From positions 1 to 64,000 of IMG/VR virus record IMGVR_UViG_3300028591_006041: a stretch of 64,000 bases of DNA. One strand, 5' to 3'. This document shows positions 28,800 to 37,291 of this stretch, piece after piece (the first letter of the stretch is position 1; every line of letters begins with the position of its first letter). Under the pieces are notes generated by a model that was given only the letters and a program-made list of their open reading frames with translations, was not told the origin of the DNA and ran no database searches. The position numbers were made by a program, and so were the translations under genes. The DNA is from a virus. Its lineage: Duplodnaviria; Caudoviricetes.

Positions 28800-31001
28800 A
28801 TGTCTAAATATTTGCAACAATTTGAAACATTTGATACTTTTTTAAAAAATATTCCAATAAATTTGAATATTAGCTATTTAGAAGATAGTGATACTTTTAT
28901 TTTTGGTTTAATAGGATCAGATAATTTAATAATATATGAGAATGAAACAAAACTAAATAATATGACAAGCCCATATGGTGATAATGGTATTTGGTCTTCA
29001 ACTTTAAAAGGTAATGATTATTTAGATAGCTATTCTATAGGAATATTGTCCCTTGAAGATAATTATAATATTCAATTTAATGCAAATATATATAAATTAT
29101 ATTTTAATGATCCTTATATATTGACTTACAACAGATCTATTTTGGGTGATTATCAACATAATATTGGAGAAATAGAACTTGGTAATAAAGTAACTATACA
29201 AAATTTATCAAATAATTATATATTACACAAAAGTTCACCCTATGATACAGATATATATAATTGTATAATTGATGAAAATAATCCTGATATAGATTCAAGA
29301 GATAATTGTAATGCTATTATATACACATCAACTAATACTTTAAGTACAGGATTTATTAATACAACTATTCCAAATAGTGTTGTTTCAATAGGAAATAATG
29401 CATTTGCTTATACAAATAAACTTTATATCATAACTATACCAAGTTCAGTTACATCTATAGGTACTCAATCATTTAATTATTGTAAAGATTTACATTATGT
29501 TATAATTGAGTCTACTACACCACCTACAGTAACAAATACTTCATTTGGAAATTGTGCTAATTATATGAAAATATTTGTACCTGATAATAATGTAGATACT
29601 TATAAAAATGATTCAAATTGGTCAACTTATAGTAGTAGAATTTATTCAATAAATGATATAGGAAAATTTATTTATTATTATGGTAGTAGTAAACTTCCTG
29701 AAACAACATCAAGTAAGAATTCAGGAATACATACGGGTGCATTTCCAACAATAACAAATCATTCTTATGATAGTAATAGTCAATGTGGATGTATAGAATT
29801 TGAATCATCAGTTGAAACTATAGGTGGTTATGGATTTTGGTCATGTAGTTCAATATGCACAAAAATAATATTACCACCAACTATATCTAATGTTAGTACA
29901 AACTATTCATTAGGTGCTAATAATAGTTCATTAGAATTTATTTTTACTAATCGATATTATAATTATAATTTAATAAATCAGTTAAATGATGGAAATACGA
30001 GATATCAATCTTCAATAAGAATTATTCCTGACATCCTTAATGTATCATATAATTCTAATAATGCAGCAATTCCTGAAATAGTTTTAATTCCACATAGAGT
30101 AAAAGCTATAACATCATTTAAAATTGCAAATAGAGAAGATTTATTCAAAATTAAATATATAAAAATACCAAAAGGAATAAAATATATACGCAGTTATTTT
30201 GGAACATGGTCTACACCTTATAATGGTGGTGGTGGATCTAATCAAATAACAGAATATATATGGTGTTCAGCCATTAAAAATAAAAATGGTATATATTATT
30301 TAGATGATTATGTAATAGCAGTATATAATTCTAATGTTAGTCAAATTATTATTTGGGAAGGAATACATACTATAGCAAATGAATTTATTCTTAAATGCGC
30401 TGAAAATAGTTATTTAGAAATATCTTCTACAGTAAAAAATATATGTGATAATATATTTGGTTTTTATCAAATATTAATTACTGGAAGTGGAGCTTATATT
30501 AAATATATATATACAATAAATAATATATCAAATATTGTGGTAAATTCAAATAATACCACATATGATTCACGAAATAATTGTAATGCTATAATAGAAACAG
30601 CCACAAATAAACTTATAGCGGGATGTAGAAATTCCACTATTCCTAATACTATTACTTCTATTGGTAATAATGCTTTCAGTCATTGTACTGGTATTACAAA
30701 TATTATAATACCAAATAGTGTTACTTCAATTGGTGAATATGCTTTCTATATGTGTAGTGGTCTTGCAAGTGTGACAATTGGTAATAGTGTCACTACCATT
30801 GGTCAAAATGCTTTCAATGGTTGTAGCGGTCTTACAAGTGTGACAATTGAAGCTACAATACCACCAACACTTATGAGTAATGCATTTGGTAATAATGCAA
30901 GTGGTCGTAAGATATATGTACCGGCTGCAAATGTTGATACTTATAAAACAACAAATGGATGGTCATCTTATGCATCATATATAGAAGCAATACCAACATA
31001 A
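28800..31001 (+). CDS. BspA-type LRR protein with duplicated modules
   Basis: Two DSR(D/N)NCNAII...TIPN...SIGNNAF units and two PPT...F...KI(F/Y)VP..NVDTYK...WS caps; N-terminus MSKYLQQFETF...NISY. Confidence 0.88.
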   Translation: MSKYLQQFETFDTFLKNIPINLNISYLEDSDTFIFGLIGSDNLIIYENETKLNNMTSPYGDNGIWSSTLKGNDYLDSYSIGILSLEDNYNIQFNANIYKLYFNDPYILTYNRSILGDYQHNIGEIELGNKVTIQNLSNNYILHKSSPYDTDIYNCIIDENNPDIDSRDNCNAIIYTSTNTLSTGFINTTIPNSVVSIGNNAFAYTNKLYIITIPSSVTSIGTQSFNYCKDLHYVIIESTTPPTVTNTSFGNCANYMKIFVPDNNVDTYKNDSNWSTYSSRIYSINDIGKFIYYYGSSKLPETTSSKNSGIHTGAFPTITNHSYDSNSQCGCIEFESSVETIGGYGFWSCSSICTKIILPPTISNVSTNYSLGANNSSLEFIFTNRYYNYNLINQLNDGNTRYQSSIRIIPDILNVSYNSNNAAIPEIVLIPHRVKAITSFKIANREDLFKIKYIKIPKGIKYIRSYFGTWSTPYNGGGGSNQITEYIWCSAIKNKNGIYYLDDYVIAVYNSNVSQIIIWEGIHTIANEFILKCAENSYLEISSTVKNICDNIFGFYQILITGSGAYIKYIYTINNISNIVVNSNNTTYDSRNNCNAIIETATNKLIAGCRNSTIPNTITSIGNNAFSHCTGITNIIIPNSVTSIGEYAFYMCSGLASVTIGNSVTTIGQNAFNGCSGLTSVTIEATIPPTLMSNAFGNNASGRKIYVPAANVDTYKTTNGWSSYASYIEAIPT

Positions 31002-31032
31002 AAAAGGAATAACCTCAATAGTTATTCCTTTT
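31002..31032. terminator. Bidirectional terminator
   Basis: 12-bp stem AAAAGGAATAAC/GTTATTCCTTTT. Confidence 0.8.
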
Positions 31033-31176
31033 AAAAGTATATTTATTCCAATCTGATGCATATCTAAAGGGATATTGACAATAAGAACATTGAAATATTT
31101 CTCCATCTTCATCGATGGCCTTAGATATATTTATCTCAACATTTTTATAACATTTTGGACATTTGACTATATCCAT
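31015..31176 (-). CDS. Small zinc-ribbon protein (53 aa)
   Basis: Hand-translated MDIVKCPKCYK...FQCSYCQYPF (two CxxC). Confidence 0.65.
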   Translation of the reverse strand: MDIVKCPKCYKNVEINISKAIDEDGEIFQCSYCQYPFRYASDWNKYTFKRNNY

Positions 31177-31200
31177 TGATTTCATTATAATATAATTTTG

Positions 31201-31431
31201 TTAGAATTCACTCTTCATCCTGACACTAATTCTTCCTTTCGTCAAATCATAAGGACTCATCTCAACCTTTACTCTATCTCCAAGAATAAGTTGAATATTA
31301 TGAATTCTCATCTTACCGGAAATAGTGCATCTTACAACAAATCCATTATCTAATTCGACATTAAAGAAAGAACTTGGAAGTACCTCAACAATAGTTCCTT
31401 CTTGTATTAAACAATTTTGTTTACTCATCAA
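31201..31431 (-). CDS. infA: Translation initiation factor IF-1
   Basis: EGTIVEVLPSSFFNVELDNG...ISGKMRIHNIQLILGDRVKVEMSPYDLTKGRI. Confidence 0.95.
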   Translation of the reverse strand: MMSKQNCLIQEGTIVEVLPSSFFNVELDNGFVVRCTISGKMRIHNIQLILGDRVKVEMSPYDLTKGRISVRMKSEF

Positions 31432-31441
31432 TAATTATTTA

Positions 31442-31618
31442 TTAAATTTTTTCAAGAATAAATATTGCACCATTACTTTCAGGTTTCCAGTCTTTTATTG
31501 ACCAACCTTCACCTAAAAACTTATTTAATGCTGGGCATTCATAATAGCAATAATTATTATCTATATCTATACATTCCCAACAAAAATTTTCATTTTTTAT
31601 ATTAATAACCTTAATCAT
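31442..31618 (-). CDS. Small hypothetical protein (58 aa)
   Basis: Hand-translated MIKVINIKNENFCWEC...LNKFLGEGWSIKDW; ATGA overlap with the upstream gene. Confidence 0.55.
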   Translation of the reverse strand: MIKVINIKNENFCWECIDIDNNYCYYECPALNKFLGEGWSIKDWKPESNGAIFILEKI

Positions 31619-31785
31619 GTGTCTGTCTTTTTTAGTTCATTAATCAATGCATCTGCATACTCTACTGAAAATTTAGCTATTTCATCAATGTTAATATAAT
31701 TAATATTAGAACATCCAAGTATTCTTGAAGTCATAACTTCTTTAGCAACTTCAAATCTTCTTTGCTCCCAATTAATTTCACCCAT
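31615..31785 (-). CDS. Small WEQRR-motif protein (56 aa), typical of Bacteroidales phages
   Basis: Hand-translated MGEINWEQRRFEVAKEVM...SVEYADALINELKK. Confidence 0.7.
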   Translation of the reverse strand: MGEINWEQRRFEVAKEVMTSRILGCSNINYINIDEIAKFSVEYADALINELKKTDT

Positions 31786-31843
31786 ATAATTATAATATTG
31801 AAAATTAATAATCTTTAATTAAAAATGTAAAGAAAGAGCCGTA

Positions 31844-33541
31844 TTAGGCTACAGCTCTTTCTGGAGTATAGTTAGGATCGATAACAATCTTTCTAACCTT
31901 ATCAATATGTGCTTGTGGATTGAACTCCAACTTTGCTACATCCTCAAACATTGAGTAGCCATAACCGAAGTAGTAGCCAATTTTATCTGTTTGTGGAAGA
32001 ATTGTAGTTCCGTAAGAAGCAAGGTCTACACAGTATACATAAGGACTACATACATCGTGTACATACTTCTTATATGCATCTTTTACCCAATCTCCATAGT
32101 AGTAGCTACGAGAGTTGCACTCATTATCTGAAAGAACAAATATTCTATCGTATTTTCTCTTCCACATTCTAATCATTTCAAATGCAGAACCAATAGATGT
32201 TCCTCCCCACATAGCTGCATTCTCAATTTGCTTAGCAATAGCAAATACATTGTCTGATTGACGATACTTAAACTCCTTAGCAGATGATGAGAACAAAACA
32301 ACATCTCCACCGCATGCCTTAGCAATTGTAGCACCAATAAGTGCAGCTTCTGACATAGCAGTTCTGCTAATTATTTTTCTACCGTTTTTGTTATTTCCCA
32401 TTGTACATGGTGAACTCATAGAACCAGAAGTATCAATCATTACACAAGTCTTTCCTCCAAGCAATACTTTCAAATTAGGAAGAGCTGTCTCATATCCATT
32501 ACGAAGAGCTTGTTTGATTTGATCTCCATAAGTGCAATATGGAAATTCAGTTTCAATAGTCATATAAGCCAAATCAAGTTGATAAGGCATAATAAGACCA
32601 TTACGAATCTTATCTCCATCTTGTACTAACTTACAAAGAGCATTGATTACTGACTCACGAGGATCCTTAAGCATGTTACGGATATTTCTCAAAGCTGCAA
32701 GAATTCCAAGCTTACCCTCCATAAGAAGAGACTCCCAGTTGTCATTCTTAGCCTCTGCCAATACCTTCTCAGCTTCATCCTTAGAAATTTTACCCTCCTT
32801 AACTGCCTTGGCAACCTCTTGTCCTGCATCTGATTGAGCAGCTTCCCAAGTGTCTGCAGTAACAGTAATACCTTGCATAAGGGCATCCAAAGTCTTCATC
32901 TTTTTGCCATTAACAGTAATAACTGCATTTGACAATGCTGAATTTGGGTGAACAAGATTAGCCAAGTCAATAGCTGCATCCTTGTACTTAGCAAGTTGAT
33001 AAGTATCAAGAGTGATAAGAGCCTTTGCAAAACCCTTCTTCATGGCATTTGACAATGTTCCACCATTCAATGCGCTATAAGCATCCTTGATAGCCTCCAT
33101 GTCATCAACACGATAAATACATCCACCTTGCTTATTCTTCTTATCCCAAAGACCATAGAATGCCTTAGCCCATGGTTGACCAGCAACGAATGGAGCTGCC
33201 AATGTAGCTGCAAGTTGGTTAATAGAACGCATACCTTCTCCACAACAACGTGAATAAACAATTGCTTGAGCAAGAAAATATGGATCCTTAAGACCAATCT
33301 TCTCAATCAAATCACGAAGCTCAACAAGAATCTCATCCTCACTTCTGTAATATTGATCTTGAATCTTGAGAGTATTAAGCATAGACAAAAGTCTAAGCTC
33401 ATCAGCTACAGAATAAGCTTTGAAACCTTGACGGTTTACAGTGTCCTCATTAGGTATTGAAGCAACCTCTTGGACTCTCTCTTTTGACGCCATTACACCT
33501 AGTGCATTCTTCAATTGGGCGTTTCTGTCCTTCATCTTCAT
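31844..33541 (-). CDS. Ro60/TROVE-domain RNA-binding protein with C-terminal vWA domain
   Basis: N-terminal VNRQGFKAY...LRLLSML; helical TROVE region (YQLAKY, HP, TWE, AALRNIRNM, PYQ); vWA VMIDTSGSM...WGGTS...LSDNE...YCVDL. Confidence 0.9.
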   Translation of the reverse strand: MKMKDRNAQLKNALGVMASKERVQEVASIPNEDTVNRQGFKAYSVADELRLLSMLNTLKIQDQYYRSEDEILVELRDLIEKIGLKDPYFLAQAIVYSRCCGEGMRSINQLAATLAAPFVAGQPWAKAFYGLWDKKNKQGGCIYRVDDMEAIKDAYSALNGGTLSNAMKKGFAKALITLDTYQLAKYKDAAIDLANLVHPNSALSNAVITVNGKKMKTLDALMQGITVTADTWEAAQSDAGQEVAKAVKEGKISKDEAEKVLAEAKNDNWESLLMEGKLGILAALRNIRNMLKDPRESVINALCKLVQDGDKIRNGLIMPYQLDLAYMTIETEFPYCTYGDQIKQALRNGYETALPNLKVLLGGKTCVMIDTSGSMSSPCTMGNNKNGRKIISRTAMSEAALIGATIAKACGGDVVLFSSSAKEFKYRQSDNVFAIAKQIENAAMWGGTSIGSAFEMIRMWKRKYDRIFVLSDNECNSRSYYYGDWVKDAYKKYVHDVCSPYVYCVDLASYGTTILPQTDKIGYYFGYGYSMFEDVAKLEFNPQAHIDKVRKIVIDPNYTPERAVA

Positions 33542-33585
33542 AATTTTGACTATTCTAAATGTTAATATAAATTTAAAAAGAAATT

Positions 33586-33912
33586 TTAATGTTTATAATG
33601 TTTGTTTTTCAAAACTCTATCATACTTTTGATGATAATATTCTCCAGAACGATAAGGATCTTTATCCATTTTCTTTATGGTGTCTTTATTGACAAGAACA
33701 TATCCATCAGTTGGCTCTCTCCAGGTATCTTTCTTAACCTTTTCAGGATCTGTAATTATGTTCTCTACTTCTTCTGGATCATAATTTGACATTAATGAAC
33801 GAAGATTGTTTTTTCCAGCTCGTTTAGTATTTCTACGACGAGTTTTGTAATAACTTCGATTGTCTCCTACCGCGATAGGTTGACGAACATTTTTACGATA
33901 AGTTTTACTCAT
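33586..33912 (-). CDS. Basic Arg/Lys-rich hypothetical protein
   Basis: 108 aa, MSKTYRK...YYKTRRRNTKRAGK; first gene after the promoter at 33945-33972, immediately upstream of Ro60. Confidence 0.75.
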   Translation of the reverse strand: MSKTYRKNVRQPIAVGDNRSYYKTRRRNTKRAGKNNLRSLMSNYDPEEVENIITDPEKVKKDTWREPTDGYVLVNKDTIKKMDKDPYRSGEYYHQKYDRVLKNKHYKH

Positions 33913-33944
33913 TTAAATTAAGTTTAATAATTAATGGTATATTT

Positions 33945-33972
33945 AATATAGTTACATTAATGAAAAATTCAA
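33945..33972 (-). promoter_or_regulatory. Putative early/middle promoter TTGAAT-N16-TATATT
   Basis: Two-box motif, back-to-back with the late motif at 33986. Confidence 0.65.
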
Positions 33973-33985
33973 TAAAATAAAAATA

Positions 33986-33998
33986 TATTTTTAATAAA
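33986..33998 (+). promoter_or_regulatory. Putative late promoter motif TATTTTTAATAAA
   Basis: Exact motif upstream of 34017. Confidence 0.65.
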
Positions 33999-34016
33999 AT
34001 TAAGAATATTTTTTGA

Positions 34017-36548
34017 ATGGATATTAAAGATAAAGTAAATTATATGATGATTCATAATGATAACTACGATTATCATTATGAAGACTATGATGGTCATCTT
34101 AATAATGGATTTACTAATATAATATTTAATGAATCTACAAATGAATTAATATGCTTATCTCATGTTTATAAAATAATTTATGATAAAGATAGTGGTATAA
34201 ATATTGAATATAATTTTTCTAATTCAGGTAATAATGTTACAGTACTTGATTATGCCACATCAATGTTTAAACTAAATGAAGATTATGCTATAGTTTATAT
34301 AGAAGTAACTACTCCTGAAGAAACATATGAAGAATCTGCATCAGTAATATACAATATAAATGATCAAATAAAAGATAATCAAGAACAACCAAATGAATGT
34401 ACATTATCTTATATATTAGATGAATTAGTTCTTGACGGAGAATTAGATTATTTTGATTACAGAACAATAAAAATAAGAATAAAGACTTCTAAAATAATTC
34501 ATTTTGAAGATTCATTAGTCAAACAAATATGTGTAGAAAATTGGGGTAATAATTATACTCGTGCAGAAATAACTGAATATGAGGCAGCTCAAGTAAGCTA
34601 TTTTGATCAAAGATTTCAAAATACTGCAATAACAAAATTCAATGAGCTTAAGTATTTTACAGGAATAATGACATTCCAATATGAGAATTCTTCTGGTAAC
34701 AATAATGGTACTGCGACTCATAATAGTTATTCAACTGGACAATTTTATAAGTGTACTAAACTAGAAGAAGTAACTTTACCAGAAATGCAAGTAAGTACAT
34801 GTATATGTGGAATGTTTTTGGGTTGTAGCAAGTTGAAATTTGCAGACCTTTCTCCTCTTACTAAGAATTTTAATTTGCATGGTGCCACTTCTTCTTGTTT
34901 TAAAGGTTGTACTTCATTAGAAGAAGTGATTATGCCATCTGGTAAATATAATATTAATAATTCAACAACAAACATGTATCAAATGTTTCTAACTTGTACT
35001 TCATTAAAAAGAATAATATTCAATGGAAATGTTGATTTTGGAAAGTTAAGATATAGAACCTATGGATCAGATAATATATGTAGCAAATGTACAGAAATAA
35101 TTTTTAATGGAACAGTTTCAGGTATCGGCATTTCAAATAGCGATTATCAATGTTATTATTTTTATAATTATCCTAATCTTAACAGAATATCGATGCTTAA
35201 AATCATTTCAGGAATGAATGTAAATGTAACTAACAAAATGGTATACTTTTATGATTTTGGTATAAAAACTCGACTTTACAGCGAAGATTGTCAAGAAATA
35301 ATAAATAGAGGTTATACAAATTTATGGAAAATACTATATATAAATGGAATAAAATATGAGCATTGGTTAGTCAATTATAATCCGGTGCCATCAATAAGAA
35401 TAGGAACAAACATAACTTTATCTAATCTTCAAAACTTTACATTCAACAATGATACAAGAGTGTTAAGCTTTCCAATAAAATGTGGAGCATTATCTATGGA
35501 TTTGTCATGTCAAACTGGACAAAATTTTACAATAGGATTGTCAGGTGTAGACTTATATGATATTGCAAGAAATGTTGGAATTATATTCTATACTGAACAT
35601 GCATGTACAATGGATAGTTTGATAATAGATGTTGTTGAAAATGAAGCTGGAAGTATATCTTATGTAGGTTCAAATAGTACGGTACTTTCTGTACAATTAA
35701 TCAACTCATTTGGTGCAACAATGGCAAATATGGGTATGTCTGATTACGGAAGTGCTTATTCACGATTAATATATGCTCATAGTTCATCTAAATCAACAAA
35801 CATCCAAACACATATTGAATTAAATGACTTTTATTGTCCTAAAGGATCATTGATACTTATACAAGATAGAACAGCTGGAGCCACCTTAAGCTATTCAATA
35901 TCTACTACCCAAAATTCTTCTTTAGAAGACATATTCATTAATGGTGAATATTGGTATGTCGATTACGGTATTTGTATAGAAAAGATAATAGATACAGACA
36001 TAGTACCTACATCTGACATGAGAATGAAAGCAGAATTCATATTATATAGAAATCCTTATAACAATGATCCTGATCCCAACCAAAAACATATGATTATGGG
36101 AAGTGTACAAGGAGGTAGTACTGATTCAGGATTATTTCAAATATTTGCAAGTAGTGATAAAGAATTTACTATGGCATGGGCTCATAATTCACAAACAAAA
36201 GAAACATACACAAACAGAGTTGCATCAGGAGCAGTATTAGATGGTGTTAGTCATGATATTACTATTGATAAAAATGGATTTACTATATATTGTCCCAATT
36301 ATAATGGAACTGAATCTAAAACATTCTCAGGAACCATAATAGCAAATAATGCTGGCTATCATTTGTTATTATATCCTTGCATATGGTTACATAGATTAAG
36401 AATATGGGACAATATAGATTCTACACCTACGCTTATACATGAAATAGTTGGAGTAAGAAACAATCTTAATTCTAAAGAAGGATTATATGATTTGATTACT
36501 GGAAAATTCTGGACAACAAAATATGACAACTATGAAGTAAAAGTTTGA
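34017..36548 (+). CDS. Large LRR-containing putative fibre/adhesin protein
   Basis: IHFEDSLVKQICVENW...EITEYEAAQV...ITKFNELKYFTG is a Bacteroidales LRR-protein pattern; C-terminal IDTDI.PTSD...LRIWD...GLYDLITGKF is tail-fibre-like. Confidence 0.7.
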   Translation: MDIKDKVNYMMIHNDNYDYHYEDYDGHLNNGFTNIIFNESTNELICLSHVYKIIYDKDSGINIEYNFSNSGNNVTVLDYATSMFKLNEDYAIVYIEVTTPEETYEESASVIYNINDQIKDNQEQPNECTLSYILDELVLDGELDYFDYRTIKIRIKTSKIIHFEDSLVKQICVENWGNNYTRAEITEYEAAQVSYFDQRFQNTAITKFNELKYFTGIMTFQYENSSGNNNGTATHNSYSTGQFYKCTKLEEVTLPEMQVSTCICGMFLGCSKLKFADLSPLTKNFNLHGATSSCFKGCTSLEEVIMPSGKYNINNSTTNMYQMFLTCTSLKRIIFNGNVDFGKLRYRTYGSDNICSKCTEIIFNGTVSGIGISNSDYQCYYFYNYPNLNRISMLKIISGMNVNVTNKMVYFYDFGIKTRLYSEDCQEIINRGYTNLWKILYINGIKYEHWLVNYNPVPSIRIGTNITLSNLQNFTFNNDTRVLSFPIKCGALSMDLSCQTGQNFTIGLSGVDLYDIARNVGIIFYTEHACTMDSLIIDVVENEAGSISYVGSNSTVLSVQLINSFGATMANMGMSDYGSAYSRLIYAHSSSKSTNIQTHIELNDFYCPKGSLILIQDRTAGATLSYSISTTQNSSLEDIFINGEYWYVDYGICIEKIIDTDIVPTSDMRMKAEFILYRNPYNNDPDPNQKHMIMGSVQGGSTDSGLFQIFASSDKEFTMAWAHNSQTKETYTNRVASGAVLDGVSHDITIDKNGFTIYCPNYNGTESKTFSGTIIANNAGYHLLLYPCIWLHRLRIWDNIDSTPTLIHEIVGVRNNLNSKEGLYDLITGKFWTTKYDNYEVKV

Positions 36549-37291
36549 TTGTCAGTAATATACATTATATTTTCTGAACTGTCATATCTTACTTTTTCCA
36601 TTCCCATCGAATTGAATATTTCTCTTTGAAAATCAATCCAAACAAATCTTTGTTCTCCTATACTTGAATAGTTAGCAAAATTTGTTCGGATTATTTTTTG
36701 CTCACTATCTAACTCATTTTCAATATCAATATATCTTAAGCATTCTTCATAGAACTTAATCAAATCTTCTCTATATCCTATACAACATCCTGCATTGAAA
36801 TAAACCATCCAATCATCCATCAATTCTCTATTAGGAATGAAATCTATTTCTTCTTCAGGATAGTTATTGTAAGTAGAATTGAACAATATTCTATAAGATT
36901 GGCTAGTAAATTTGTCAACTATTTTGTTGAATGAGCTAATTACTACATCATAAGCATCTAACATCAATACAATATCTGTATTCACTTTATTTTTCAATGC
37001 ATCAATAAAGTAAATTATCTTATTTGGCATATACCAATTTTTATTGTAGTCATAATCATCAGGTAATGCATTTGTATAAGGAACTTTATTGTTTTCTAAT
37101 TGTTGAGCTAATATTGCTTTATCTTTATCTGTAAAAACTGTCAATATTGAAAGCCTATTATCTAACTTACATAATTTAGCTTTTTCAAATATTGTCTTTA
37201 CAGTCTTAGGCAATATATGCACATTCTTTCCTTGAAAATGAAGGACATTCACTTCATTATCATACTTATTCAACGTTTTGAATTTTCTCAT
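36530..37291 (-). CDS. Putative glycosyltransferase (PLOD-like GT domain)
   Basis: NKI..FIDAL...DIVLMLDAYDVV...ILFN...YFNAGCCIGY...SEQ, with a DxD-type DAYD motif. Confidence 0.7.
   Translation of the reverse strand: MRKFKTLNKYDNEVNVLHFQGKNVHILPKTVKTIFEKAKLCKLDNRLSILTVFTDKDKAILAQQLENNKVPYTNALPDDYDYNKNWYMPNKIIYFIDALKNKVNTDIVLMLDAYDVVISSFNKIVDKFTSQSYRILFNSTYNNYPEEEIDFIPNRELMDDWMVYFNAGCCIGYREDLIKFYEECLRYIDIENELDSEQKIIRTNFANYSSIGEQRFVWIDFQREIFNSMGMEKVRYDSSENIMYITDNQTFTS

Noticed and set aside
31785-33586. Y RNA gene directly adjacent to Ro60
   Set aside because: The flanking gaps are under 60 nt and almost pure A/T, apart from a terminator-like hairpin overlapping the Ro60 stop.
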